A stretch of DNA of 64,000 nt from a virus: positions 30,386-94,385 of IMG/VR virus record IMGVR_UViG_3300020229_000001; one strand, 5' to 3'. Of the stretch, positions 10,401 to 17,872 are shown piece after piece. The notes under the pieces are model-generated. The model searched no databases. It was given only the letters and a program-made list of their open reading frames with translations, and was not told the origin of the DNA. The translations under genes were made by a program, and so were the position numbers. Position 1 is the first letter of the stretch. The number at the start of each line of letters is the position of its first letter.

Positions 10401-10613
10401 GACCATTTCGGGACGAAACATCTCGCCGCCACCAGACAGCGTGCCACCAGAAGTCTGCATTCCGGGGGATTCCCCCTTGAATGCAGCTAGAATTTCTTCA
10501 TCAGAAATGCCTTTTGCCTCTTCCTTGCTGTAAATAGGCTGACTGACAGATGGCTGTTCTCCCTTAAACGCAGCCAGAATTTCTTCGTCTGAAATCTTTG
10601 GAGTTTCAGCCAT
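207..10613 (-). CDS. Giant (3468 aa) polyvalent virion/ejection protein
   Basis: Last gene of the ejection cluster. Contains zincin HEVVGH (7974-7991) plus EETLAE, a GNAT-like QGYGEALY, an EELQSD-type polyvalent-protein domain, a Kinase-PolyVal-like domain (GAEHQV..RIRLHNEFFPET..EQPYV..DAHEGNVV..FVID) and a C-terminal GPKIGSFINN..TADLWYTR..DMQAALW domain. Confidence 0.85.
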   Translation of the reverse strand: MAETPKISDEEILAAFKGEQPSVSQPIYSKEEAKGISDEEILAAFKGESPGMQTSGGTLSGGGEMFRPEMVGSTAPPEQSSLIGSGALGSGQFAPVPVGPTGKFNAYAGITDPNTRKGITETVFKGITDPHDLEELHKTVPWYNMAENPVQLQSLFDYRWNKDTSAFDLIADAGKAGVGMLASLPPLAAGAGRLAKDALTGAVYVGSPEDFGKGKTLTEEQKKGLNEQQIRDAELSLRDKTYRSARVFGDALLMAREDLLKATKDFSEGRAMLWDKAKVGIAKATAEGTLADPSIAPAISMEQEAALREAAAAPAMDQARKNFATRMNAKYIDHMQREKNPAVLARTIDDLWQDPAVKKYWVDVVEKLMPPAEDAVFGFGGNIEAARANRRLQAEAAAETGVQAQIKEANRLREDPEQVGAIAMTSPLNVFGLGGAVVRDLSMLGQQIGRGLRAAGKTGEARNVMYAADSAALQAQREAEAIAREQPGWLEKPLGNIADTIDRSKTAFESLPKPVKYAGSTLLGAGAGALASDDPLAGALKGAGTGLGIQLAGKAIAAAPRLGQQLLKAGRLSGAELGRFEALEKMESASPEVQRFLNWSQKAGGGKALDFIEKNANVFVQHNVSMLPMMVAMGVLEDKDAQEFAQMWAEFATYGFIHGQVLGGLVGNDPIRNKMNRDAEMRQAQRVMLGLSPESRENVTNLNWDKVIKQSEKRLDRAQKTHFAEMVNGANTPEAAKAKADYEFAYRLHQENIVAPPEARQAFEDGIKLSLGKVSNLINGVLTPNSNMNIELLTSSQIIDKMITENPNFNGVGAPMTIEQALEKNPTADGIMIGKGTAKDGFTMDPAKDTVFVNVENALKKAELSGEAISNVLAHEVVGHGLFGKDEYRKRIAPLFNKIFGTEAVDENGNVRQITPAEPGMSRDDLFGKFYKKYLEGKTAEQVQDYAEAAGVWDEAANDFNKNKIVELMREETLAEAHAGRFFGDPESPAQRGINWLASRVSSNNVKSALNHLYAIAGPAVYKQWTSGLVGATYSPEVMRAIRNVEREMKKYDGDFTDAEPGEAVAAPITPKDVKNSKELLNKYFKDTGKFETIPVAVVTDADGKVVQTVNLTDNNASEGSWIYHQDDTTGDNVPNKERGFGELHPELVGLEVPVGGRVQVERQIAYDEATGKPKERKNKETVAHIKRRVQMVRDAIDNAGDPSELGRFRAIKGGQGKDDEDLHYTGKMTPAQRAAIAALPESIVPASMKELLFKYDDLMTRGDGTVLDIDYASRLNDKGNYQAFSPKIRQIVPLQLHLSKAGNFYTTAWDISDLRRKVGLYEKYAKGVFEPWGGDTQKFWNEFRTVLLPNLANPDASVPGWQGLDADPNVAKLKRTIYEKMLGAPNPNVPDVESIPDLDRNKFSRSERKLDKQSSFDQIIKSFRLDSHTAAEENANTEYKYPIPYKARFMPEQEAKEEQRPALGGSILKGLGSVSAKYDPKGTGEIKATVQPAEAQVRFIPEKLEDEYRRVPTQEELNVMKARLPKYKSRVEEIEEDPDTHIYIYPEMSNKVAASATVTRDPYDPELLKVVLSANSSGFEKQGYGEALYREIAKYAQSIGATKLYGEPISKQATLRREKLFDTETGRPDPQGGSMWASSKIPSGIRFMPEREEDPTKVAPGFYSKAGRVLLNKMPNRASAEQIRGILDPQKGSGVKPDEMKWSGINQFIDAAQAEKGYVTKDDVKQFLKDGYVAKFETQRMREAKSFEGEFYSEAEEWGGAAKFNTIEEAEKSAMEMFGMSRPEAEEFVSETNQIDSEYGEDETQYSKYKLPGGTNYEEVVLRMPSKTEIDPIASFKKLNDGSFDVEFIDGEQGTYDTLDQARIDGRGESDVVGVGEFRSSHFPDVPNYVAHMRTQDFGTGRLIEELQSDLHQAARKRGYKNEQLRDYNRVREIEAKGQAATPEERKEWTALMNAGAMRQDGVADAPFRKDWPIQLFKHALQKAVADGKNWIGWTGGEAQADRYSLSKHVSAIDLINDGDGKYHVSAYQNTDGSNLPVSVINKPGLSAQEVADTIGKPLAEKLIADLNSQSDPVTAYAKADGLDLDIGGEGMTGFYDKILPNEIGKYVKQWGAKVETGEVEGKKEYVIQGNPNIAPTMTFTNRSHAVVALNNRGRGEGGEVVEIGENPKIWKVAITPEMRSSVEGGQARFMPDGNPKESGDFAEKEEYERILNSRQSREGEVSRAGSSQNKQGSRAPSENLGSVFERSVRGKDSESEQVRGETESRRASEAAKRAQDTRLVDAARQHGALLDHRDFLERWRASGYKSGAEHQVILGNENGKVEKRTNIPMFEENWGDYFDRIRLHNEFFPETKITVKGIHDQAKESEANVQGNFSDLVTGRVTGSDPGAYVVTEQPYVKILDPLSINQIDSYLNQRNFFRIVRGNLFEFYNPKAKTFLRDAHEGNVVSGLGPDGKEAIFVIDVPMRYANASDANDIKAFNRKLFTKMVNGSISREKYDEIKPFLTDPSASGALEGAQVRFMPDNENIPGALEGIKIEPKEEERLPALASIAPLPKTITDERGMFSVVIGAKPGEHGYTYRTASELRDQLKTVSGQKAAVETWGELQLKKQRQLELLAKADEAAKNAKKPEKTAEFEAKKAAYAEKVAALDTQIEEMRSQFPEKMQNMSPEDAAWKAQVKKLNRSFEEVSLKATPAPFTANPLGIRSMAELGDSVHDILKSDGFNGILKDFFGLDGLEIRPIAGTWQGKVEPSFDLVHPELTFDKAKQITQLLTLAFAQDAGITYKPSIDLKEGTQAAYLIHSTKLTDDQLKLAFDKAREVGVDVSTTTDGKGIKALNFGTEDFASKLSEIQKSASIDQSYETIVASELYETEKIFKGRDNQRVLPVWLQATSGGQSLLQRSIDSLLIDYAKAAAAQGYIFDPALYAKRYGLSDSDAKYIKDKLYPVDPMARSASPLLAGTEILPVRSTYTLAGKRETAVPDMIHALQNRAASDGVILPGDYSPRAMDIISSVVADEVQQHMARAALNPKSPNAIGWYDAALKRMKGMYSQLFPWLEVGSPQHDADKSLVFDAVLGIASQGNDVFENGKMATRVTLMLENGKTLPEIVTALHGTFGDKTAAIENNILKLHELLTRHTPSQLRALLFKTDTVANWNKNLKQDTSLYYNGEPLSVEGGKNQMVTGFMVFGPKIGSFINNLHGDYSTLTADLWYTRTWNRILGRSFKYDPLKEGHQFERFQDSLIEEYNRNQALKKGKEYTDRVLIKKGVEEPYLYGEDAPRWSKKEFHKLLEDSGAMLEFAEHLEKVFRTGSFKGKTELRRAAKNWVQDRTTPLGAPRASNERAFQQTTMEQAQARLAQAGIVVTIADMQAALWFNEKELFGKYGAATSGAEPADYADAAKFSLDIIQAGGLFQVDRKGETVRLLSEADEANLTGVKSPNKGLMKQLMEKEKAIKAAEKLRKEAEGEDEE

Positions 10614-10616
10614 AAA

Positions 10617-12689
10617 TTACTCTTTTGAGGAAGTATTCCATCCGCCATCAGCGTTCCATCCGTTCTCAAACTGTGATGGCGCAGGTGCAGAGAAATACGA
10701 AGCGTGAAACCCGGGCACTTTGAAGTATGTCAGGGATCCAAAAGCTTCCTTTTTGGGGTGTTTTAACTCATCAAGGTTCGGAGGGATAAAGCTGTTGTTT
10801 TTCAACGCAATGTAATCTTTAACAATCGGGTTTAGTTTCAAAAATTGCTCACGTTTATCTTTGGGCATTTCCCCCTTTAAAGTGCCAGTTGCGTCATCAA
10901 AATACTCACCTTTCAATTTTGCGTGCTCAATCAATGCTTGCTCTAGATCTTTCCCTCCGAGTTGCTCTTTCAAGAACTCCTTTGTCTTCAGTAGCGGATA
11001 TTTTACAGGCAACTTGATAGGCGAAATGTTTGGGTTTTCGCTTTTCAAAATAGACTCAATATTTGTCAACTGAGCGTTCACCTGATCCGCAGACGTGTTG
11101 TAAGTGTTAAGCATCAAATCTTGCATTGTGCGGACATCACGTTCATCAAGCGTAGCCCCAGAGTTCCAAAATTGCACTTTTTTGGCAATGCTCTGCCATC
11201 CGCTCAAACCTGAAAATGCGTGTTTTGTTTCTTTGAATTGGGCTTCGGTAGGAGCTTTTCCAGAAGCAAATTGAGCAAACAAATCCATCATTTCTTGATG
11301 GACTGCCCCCAATGATGCTTCAGCATTATTTTTACGAGCAATTTTATCTTCCGCCACGGCTGTAAGCATGCGCTGCATTGCGTCTTTACGAGTGTCCATC
11401 AACTTTGATGTCGGATGCCTTTCGTAATTATTTGCCATTGCCGTCACTTTGGCTTCTCGGGAAATATCAAGGCGCTGCTGTTTCAATCCTTGAGTTGCAG
11501 CATGTTCTTCAACGGTGCGAATTTCGGCCCTGCGTTCTTTTGTCACATCTATGTAATCAACGTGAAAATAAGGAACTTGCGTGGTCGGATCTTTGGACAC
11601 CGCCATAACCTCTCCAAAAGGATATTTCCTGTTGAATGTAAGCGCCTGAAGATTTGCTAAATCTTTTCTTTCTGGATAACGAGTCAGCATGTCTCGCTGA
11701 TTAACTTTTTGAATGTCTGGTACTCTAGCCAAGGCCCCTTTTGGTTTTGAGTCTTCAGGCTGAAGTGATGGCTCTCCTAACATTCCCAATGCAGGCAGAT
11801 ATTTAACGGCATCAGTCTGGGAATTGTCTTTTTCCCCGGCAGGAGTTCCAAGTGCAGGAAGCTCTTCTTTTTTTGATTCTTCTTTTGGTTTTGGAGGTTC
11901 AAAAGTTGGTAGTGGCAAGCTTGAAAGCCTTCCCTTTTTGATAATTTCAGCCTCTTGCTCTGCTGGCGTTAATTCAACAGGAACCGCAATAGGAGCCGCC
12001 ACAGGAATAACTTTAGGCGGAGCCGCTGTGGAAGCCACAGGAACAACCTTAGGTGGAGCGGCGATAGGAGCAACTGAAAGCGACATTGCAGGCCCACCCG
12101 TTGGGGCTCCGTTTAATGTCATTGTTGGCATGCTTGGAATAAGAGGAGAAGCAGTGGCAATGCCTTGCAGTGCTCCAACTTGGTCAGTAGAAGATGCCTG
12201 CGGGAGCGGGAGCGGGTCAAGTGTGGGGGCAATGCGTGTGTTGGTTGCTCCAGTTGATGCATCACCTTGATCGCCTTCATCACCCCCAGCCCCAATAACC
12301 GGGTCTAAAGAAAACTGTTGCTTTCCTTTCCCAGAAGAAACAGCGTCCACCCGGGCCATCGCCTCTTTGTGCATGTCCTCGTTTCGCTTTTCTTGAGCCG
12401 CCTGTTTCTGCTCTTGTAAAGCTTGCTGTCTCTCAGCTAACGCTGTCCTTTTGGCGTCTTTCTCTGCCGCATATCTGGCGCTGATTCCAGCCCCAATGGA
12501 CTTGATTGCGCTCTCGATCCCTTGAGCAATGTAAGGCTTGCCTTCAGGAACCACCCATTGAGCACCTGCACTAATTTGAATTGGATTCTGACCAAATGAC
12601 AACGGACGAATACCTGCCAGCGCATTATAATTAATGTTTGGCGTGGCTAATTGAATTGGAATTCCAGCGGTGTCGTAAAACAAAGGCAT
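10617..12689 (-). CDS. Internal virion/ejection protein (~690 aa)
   Basis: Lies directly before the giant gene; coiled-coil and Pro/Ala-rich linker. Start set at MPLFY, just after the upstream stop. Confidence 0.65.
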   Translation of the reverse strand: MPLFYDTAGIPIQLATPNINYNALAGIRPLSFGQNPIQISAGAQWVVPEGKPYIAQGIESAIKSIGAGISARYAAEKDAKRTALAERQQALQEQKQAAQEKRNEDMHKEAMARVDAVSSGKGKQQFSLDPVIGAGGDEGDQGDASTGATNTRIAPTLDPLPLPQASSTDQVGALQGIATASPLIPSMPTMTLNGAPTGGPAMSLSVAPIAAPPKVVPVASTAAPPKVIPVAAPIAVPVELTPAEQEAEIIKKGRLSSLPLPTFEPPKPKEESKKEELPALGTPAGEKDNSQTDAVKYLPALGMLGEPSLQPEDSKPKGALARVPDIQKVNQRDMLTRYPERKDLANLQALTFNRKYPFGEVMAVSKDPTTQVPYFHVDYIDVTKERRAEIRTVEEHAATQGLKQQRLDISREAKVTAMANNYERHPTSKLMDTRKDAMQRMLTAVAEDKIARKNNAEASLGAVHQEMMDLFAQFASGKAPTEAQFKETKHAFSGLSGWQSIAKKVQFWNSGATLDERDVRTMQDLMLNTYNTSADQVNAQLTNIESILKSENPNISPIKLPVKYPLLKTKEFLKEQLGGKDLEQALIEHAKLKGEYFDDATGTLKGEMPKDKREQFLKLNPIVKDYIALKNNSFIPPNLDELKHPKKEAFGSLTYFKVPGFHASYFSAPAPSQFENGWNADGGWNTSSKE

Positions 12690-12690
12690 A

Positions 12691-13203
12691 CTAAGAGCCC
12701 CCAAAGGAGATTTGACCTAAATTCGGGACTTGAAATTGTTTCACCTCGGGCGGGGTTGCCGTCATTTGGTTTGCCGCCCGGGCAGCTTGTGGGCCTTGAG
12801 ACACTTGAGCTGCTTGCGGTGACATTCTTGGCGATTGGGTTGTAGCAGCGGGGGAAACGGGCGCTGCTGCCGCTCCGGGTGCTTTAAGCACGCTCGCGTT
12901 GGTTATGCCCTGAGGGGCAGAATATGCCGTTGGCTGCTGCACTGCTGGTGTTACTGAAGCGGAAGTAGAAGGTGATGCAGATGGCGCTGGAAGCCCTTGT
13001 GCAGGCTCTGTCTTTACTGGGTGAGCATCTCCATACGCTTTGGTGAAATCACCGTAGCTCTGTCCTTTTGCGGGGGGAGGAGCGTCAGAGTGAGCCGCAG
13101 CAAACTCACGATTTTTTGTAAAATCCGAGCCAAAAGTAGCATTTAAAAAGTTGGTTCCACCTATTTTTTCAATAAAGTCAGGGTTTTTAAATTTTCCGCC
13201 CAT
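12691..13203 (-). CDS. Low-complexity putative internal virion protein (MGG start, C-terminal QFQVPNLGQISFGGS)
   Basis: Ala/Pro/Gln-rich; ejection-cluster position; shares its C-terminal motif with the two adjacent genes. Confidence 0.7.
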   Translation of the reverse strand: MGGKFKNPDFIEKIGGTNFLNATFGSDFTKNREFAAAHSDAPPPAKGQSYGDFTKAYGDAHPVKTEPAQGLPAPSASPSTSASVTPAVQQPTAYSAPQGITNASVLKAPGAAAAPVSPAATTQSPRMSPQAAQVSQGPQAARAANQMTATPPEVKQFQVPNLGQISFGGS

Positions 13204-13205
13204 AA

Positions 13206-13763
13206 TTAAGATCCTCCAAAGGTTAAGCCCGAAATGCTCGGGAGACGAAAGTTGCTCTGCTCTTGCGCTTGTTGTGTAAGAAAAGCTCCACCGCCACCCG
13301 GCTTATTATAAACTGGAGCATTTTTTACTGCTTTTGTCATGGAAGTTGGTGCGCTAAAATTAGTTGGCGACCCATCGCTCGTAGACATTGGTCCCACAGC
13401 TTGCATTGGTCCCACAGCTTGACTAGCTGTTGTATCTGGAGCAGTTGCCGTAACTGGTCCGCCAAGGGTAGCCTGCCCAACAATGTTTGGATGCTGAATG
13501 TCATAAAGTTTTTTTGCCTGAACGTCAGAGGCTGCTTTTGCTTGAGCATCCGCATTAGCTGCGGCCAAGCTATTTGCCTTCATTAAGTTAAGCCCTACGC
13601 CCGCAGAAACAAGTCCAATTGGCCCCATGAACGGGGCAGTGGCAACCAGTACTGGAGCAAGTTCTTTTGGAACCGCTTTAGTAAATTCTTTTGGAACAGC
13701 CTTGGCTATTTCATTGGGAATCATTTTTGCAACGGCACGAAATCCAGATGACAACCAGCTCAT
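13206..13763 (-). CDS. Putative internal virion protein (C-terminal NFRLPSISGLTFGGS)
   Basis: Amphipathic N-terminus with KAVPKE repeats and a hydrophobic segment; shared C-terminal motif. Start set at MSWLSSG. Confidence 0.7.
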   Translation of the reverse strand: MSWLSSGFRAVAKMIPNEIAKAVPKEFTKAVPKELAPVLVATAPFMGPIGLVSAGVGLNLMKANSLAAANADAQAKAASDVQAKKLYDIQHPNIVGQATLGGPVTATAPDTTASQAVGPMQAVGPMSTSDGSPTNFSAPTSMTKAVKNAPVYNKPGGGGAFLTQQAQEQSNFRLPSISGLTFGGS

Positions 13764-13764
13764 A

Positions 13765-14247
13765 TTATATTCCTCCAAAAGTTACTCCAGTCGTGCGGGG
13801 CATCTGGAATTGTGATTGCTTAGAATTGGGCATAGCTGGGTTTACTGGGCTCAAGTTGCTTCCAGCAAGATTGGCCGCAGTCCGGGGTAGATAGTATGCC
13901 GCTGCGCTTAAATTAGATAGCTTGGCTTGATTTAAGGCATTAACGTCAATTGCGCCACCAGTAATGGCGGACCCAGCCATTCCCGCCTGAGCTGCCGCCG
14001 CCTGTGAGGCAGTAGAATCTTTTGCCTTCTGATAAGCCTGCGCTCGAAGGAGGCTTTGTTGCGCCTGAGAATTACTCTGGTTCATGCCTAGCTGCGCTGC
14101 GTTATTTTGAGCGTCAATCATGGCTCTGCGCTGGGCTTCCGCTGCATCCTGCGCTGCTGCCCCCTGTTGTTGGCGCATCAATTCAATCTGCGCGATCATC
14201 GGAGTGTAATCAGGAGGTGGTGGTGCTGAGTAATGTGATCCGCCCAT
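13765..14247 (-). CDS. Putative internal virion protein (MGGSHYSAPPPPDY start, C-terminal QFQMPRTTGVTFGGI)
   Basis: An MGG..APPPPDY N-terminus is typical of podovirus ejection/pilot proteins; Gln/Ala-rich helices. Confidence 0.7.
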   Translation of the reverse strand: MGGSHYSAPPPPDYTPMIAQIELMRQQQGAAAQDAAEAQRRAMIDAQNNAAQLGMNQSNSQAQQSLLRAQAYQKAKDSTASQAAAAQAGMAGSAITGGAIDVNALNQAKLSNLSAAAYYLPRTAANLAGSNLSPVNPAMPNSKQSQFQMPRTTGVTFGGI

Positions 14248-14253
14248 AATTTG

Positions 14254-15087
14254 TTATTTCTTAAATAGCCCGGGATTGCCAGCAAATCCTCCTGCAATTG
14301 ACCCTGCCGCGCCAATACCAGCCCCAACAAGAGCATTGCTTTGATCTGCGTTATGCTGCGCCCCTTGGAGCATAGCCTGTTGGTAGTTCTGCCAGTCTTT
14401 TTTGTTAGCTTCCGCCGCTTGATTGGTAGAAGACATCATCTGATTAATCCAGTCTGTCGTTGTCTGAGCAGCGCCTTGCGTGCGCCCCAGCATCGCTTCT
14501 TGAAATCCAGCCCGCTGTTGCATTCCCTGAGCTTTAGCGGCCTGCTGTGCGCCCAGAATCGAACCAACATCAATGCCTGCGGTGGGTGCTGGATTGCCAC
14601 CAAGATAAGCTTGCGCCCGATCTAGATTTGCCCGTCGCATTGCCATCCCTTCGAGCGTTCCAGCGTCGTAGAGCGCCGACTTGCCAACCGTGGAATCAGC
14701 CATCCCAGAACCAAGATATTTGGCTAACCCCGCACGTTTTGCCCATTGATCCATTTGTTTCTGCCAGTTCCCGGGCGAGAGGTCTTCCTGCATTGCGGCT
14801 GGCAGTGACTGGCGCAACGCTGCCATTTCTGGGTTGGTCTGCTTTTCAAGCTCCTTCGACTTAAAGGAGTTAATTGCAGCAATTTCGCCAGCTTGCGTTG
14901 ACATGCCATCCTGCCCCCAGATGTCAGGAGTCCAGCTTTCCAAAGGCATGTTAGCAGCAAAGCCAAGCAGCCTGTTTTGTTGGGCCATCTGTTGGGTGCC
15001 CAGAGCCGACTGCATGCCAAGTTGCGCCGCCGAAAGGGCAGGATCTGGGCGAGTGATAAAAGCTGAAGGGTCAACGGAAGATCCCAT
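14254..15087 (-). CDS. Putative ejection (DNA pilot-like) protein
   Basis: Gln/Ala/Met-rich helical protein with a C-terminal Gly-rich hydrophobic segment (ALVGAGIGAAGSIAGGF). Confidence 0.65.
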   Translation of the reverse strand: MGSSVDPSAFITRPDPALSAAQLGMQSALGTQQMAQQNRLLGFAANMPLESWTPDIWGQDGMSTQAGEIAAINSFKSKELEKQTNPEMAALRQSLPAAMQEDLSPGNWQKQMDQWAKRAGLAKYLGSGMADSTVGKSALYDAGTLEGMAMRRANLDRAQAYLGGNPAPTAGIDVGSILGAQQAAKAQGMQQRAGFQEAMLGRTQGAAQTTTDWINQMMSSTNQAAEANKKDWQNYQQAMLQGAQHNADQSNALVGAGIGAAGSIAGGFAGNPGLFKK

Positions 15088-15091
15088 AGTT

Positions 15092-15481
15092 TTAAAAGGT
15101 AGGATAGTACAATTCTCTGTTAAGTCTAGTTAATCCAAGTTTTTTCATTATGTCTTCTGAAAAATTGCCGATTCCATTGTTGTTGTTGGACGGAACTGCA
15201 ATGTAGCCCGGATTGCCTGATAGTTGAGAGTGTGTTTTCCAGTCATTCATCACCTGAACAACGTCCCTTGGCTTAGTGTGTTCAGGGTGGAACGCTGGGT
15301 ATGCTGTTGGGATAAAGACCTGATCAATGTATCCAAACAAGCGCCCATTTTTGTAATTTGCATAAACCACAATGTTTGGATGTGGCGTTATGACGTGGTT
15401 AAACGATTTTGCAAACTCTTGAAGTTCAGAGAATTCAGGAGTTCCGTCTTGTGTTTTTCTGTAATGGATGGAATTTATCAT
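15092..15481 (-). CDS. Putative GNAT-fold virion assembly protein (T7 gp13/P22 gp14 position)
   Basis: Sits between the nozzle and ejection genes; NGRLFGY strand and MKKLGLT helix-turn resemble GNAT motifs. Confidence 0.45.
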   Translation of the reverse strand: MINSIHYRKTQDGTPEFSELQEFAKSFNHVITPHPNIVVYANYKNGRLFGYIDQVFIPTAYPAFHPEHTKPRDVVQVMNDWKTHSQLSGNPGYIAVPSNNNNGIGNFSEDIMKKLGLTRLNRELYYPTF

Positions 15482-15482
15482 T

Positions 15483-15728
15483 TTATGGGAATAATTGAAC
15501 ACTTACCGTTTCGTCAGCGATAGAAATGTTCTTGGTTGCTTCGTAAGCTATGACTTGCGCCCGTTGTGTGGAATTTCCGCAAACTACGCACGGGACACAC
15601 CCAGAGCCAACGCCACTTATTAGCGGAATACTGGAATACAAGGGGATAATTCCATCATTGCCATATGGAGAGACAAATTTGTTTGGAAAAACCGAAACCG
15701 CCGTTGATGCCGATTTAATGGATGGCAT
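15483..15728 (-). CDS. Small Cys-containing (CVPCVVC) putative tail protein
   Basis: ATG at 15728 follows the stop of the 713-aa gene; 81 aa. Confidence 0.55.
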   Translation of the reverse strand: MPSIKSASTAVSVFPNKFVSPYGNDGIIPLYSSIPLISGVGSGCVPCVVCGNSTQRAQVIAYEATKNISIADETVSVQLFP

Positions 15729-15729
15729 A

Positions 15730-17871
15730 TTATGCGATTGGAGGGTGAAGCGCCCTATATTGTTGCGCAGCCAACTGCGCTTCTGCTGTTGCTTTTGCAA
15801 GCGCAATAGCGTCAGCGTCAGCCTGTGAAATGTACGACGTTGCTGTAGCGGTGGCTGTGGCAACGGCATTTCCGCGCCTCCCCGAAATGGCACCGACTTG
15901 AACGGAGGCTGTTTTTGTAGCGGTCCAAACCATCCTTTGGCTGTTTGGATTTTCTTGCGGGGCAGGAGCCAGTGAAACCAGTGTTGTTGCCCCCGTTTCG
16001 CCTAAAACACAGAATTGCGTCTCGTTGAAAGTTACCTGACCAGTAGAGCGGTCTTGGAACGGATCTTGATACATGCGAAGGGCCTCGACACCAAGGCCGC
16101 CGCACCACTCGATTAAAAGCGAAAACGCCTTGTCAATATTAAGCAAAAAGTTGCTTTCGCAGCTCTTTTCCGTTGAATTTGGTTGCACGGATTCCGTGAT
16201 AAGCCTGCGGTGTTGAGTTTGAAGAAACCCAAATTTATCAATGTTATTTGATTCGTAGCTTGTCTCGTACTCGTAACCTTCCGTGGCGGCTAAGATGCGA
16301 GTGCTTAAAATAGGTTGGTAAGTACCCTTGCTGCCTCTGTAACTAATCTTAACGTCAACAGTCCCTGCAATTTGACCGCAATCAACTTCAGCGTAGGCCA
16401 ACTGCTTTAAGTCCATGCTGTCTCCGAGCAGCGCTGTTTCCATCTGGCAGTAAATTCGATTCACCAAAGTGGTTGTGCTGCCATCCTCGTTGATATTTAG
16501 GTAAGTGTCATACCTTTCTGGCACAAATGCTTCCCAAAGGTGGATGTGCGAGCCGTCGTTTGTACGCCCGTAATCTACCGAAAACGCAAAGATCCTCGGC
16601 GCACTCGTGACAACCCCAGAAACCCACTCAATAGGGCGAATCCCTGTCCAGACTCCGGCCCAAGCAGGGTTCCTAGCTTGGTTCCACTCGGCGGCGGCGG
16701 CATAATCGAGCATCATCGTTACCGAGTTGACGGGCTCAAGGTAAGGTATTGAGCAAAGTAGGTAATTTTCAAACGAGGCAGAACAAATGCCAGACAAGTT
16801 GGACGACATAAGCCGTTTGGCCTTTGCCATCTCCACATCCTTGTACAGCACCTGCGACGAAAGATAACTGCTAGCGGCAACGTCCGCGCTTACAAGCCCA
16901 CCTTGCGAGTACCACCACATCATCCCGGCTTGGAACGCAATGCTTTTCCCAGCAATGCACCCCACAGTGGGGTAGAGGACGTTCTGAAAGTTCGCGGTAG
17001 TCGCCCACTGCGCTCGGTCAAGAATCCCAGACGCTAGCGAATAGGTTGAACGGTCAGTCCAGACGTAGAGTCGAGAGTCGTTATTCTGCCCGACATAGTC
17101 CTGCATGGCGGTAATTCTACGCGGGACCGAAAAATCACCTCTACCCGATCCAATCGTGCGTTCAATCCAACTGAGGGGATCGCCAAGATCTGACGCTGAA
17201 ATAATATTTCCAGACGCAACCCAAAGGCGGTTTCCGGAAAATGCCATCCAATAGCCGATTGGAATGTCTTTTAATTGCGTTCCAGTTTGGTCTGAGCCAT
17301 CCCAAACACCAGCATATCGCACTCCATCTTGAACAACGATAATTCGATGCGCGGGCGTGATTGAGAAGTCGCCGCCAGACGAGATGGTTGCTGTCTTGGT
17401 AGCAGTTACGAAATTGACCCGTTCAACATTAGGGTCTAAAGAGATGCCTGCCAGCAGGTAGTCGTTCCAGTTCTTGGGCTGAACCAGCGGGAATGGGCAG
17501 TAATAAACCTTGCCATCGACGGAAAACACAATGTAGGGCAACTCGGACTCCTCAGACTGACCACCTTCAGGCGTGTAGATTGTAGCGACCTGCGAAATCT
17601 CTACACCATAAAGATTTGTGTACGTTGAACTCGCCTTGTACTGCTTGTTGGAATTAAAAAGTATTCCGCCTTGGAAGTTGCCACTTGGAAGCGAAAGCCG
17701 CATGGCAAACCCCGGGCGAGTTTGAACAATACCTCCGCGAACGGTAACATTTTGCCCCCATTTAAACTGGTCCTCTGGCAGGGTCCACGGGTTGCGAACT
17801 GAGTTAACTCCATGCGTCCACCCAGCGGAAACCTTATTGAGCCGCCCAGAAGTAATATTTGGGCTTTTCAT
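15730..17871 (-). CDS. Tail nozzle / tail tubular protein B-like (P22 gp10/T7 gp12-type)
   Basis: 713 aa beta-rich; NVTVRGGIVQTRPG near the N-terminus and MAFSGNRLWVASGN..ASDLGDP propeller-like motifs; synteny. Confidence 0.7.
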   Translation of the reverse strand: MKSPNITSGRLNKVSAGWTHGVNSVRNPWTLPEDQFKWGQNVTVRGGIVQTRPGFAMRLSLPSGNFQGGILFNSNKQYKASSTYTNLYGVEISQVATIYTPEGGQSEESELPYIVFSVDGKVYYCPFPLVQPKNWNDYLLAGISLDPNVERVNFVTATKTATISSGGDFSITPAHRIIVVQDGVRYAGVWDGSDQTGTQLKDIPIGYWMAFSGNRLWVASGNIISASDLGDPLSWIERTIGSGRGDFSVPRRITAMQDYVGQNNDSRLYVWTDRSTYSLASGILDRAQWATTANFQNVLYPTVGCIAGKSIAFQAGMMWWYSQGGLVSADVAASSYLSSQVLYKDVEMAKAKRLMSSNLSGICSASFENYLLCSIPYLEPVNSVTMMLDYAAAAEWNQARNPAWAGVWTGIRPIEWVSGVVTSAPRIFAFSVDYGRTNDGSHIHLWEAFVPERYDTYLNINEDGSTTTLVNRIYCQMETALLGDSMDLKQLAYAEVDCGQIAGTVDVKISYRGSKGTYQPILSTRILAATEGYEYETSYESNNIDKFGFLQTQHRRLITESVQPNSTEKSCESNFLLNIDKAFSLLIEWCGGLGVEALRMYQDPFQDRSTGQVTFNETQFCVLGETGATTLVSLAPAPQENPNSQRMVWTATKTASVQVGAISGRRGNAVATATATATSYISQADADAIALAKATAEAQLAAQQYRALHPPIA

Positions 17872-17872
17872 A

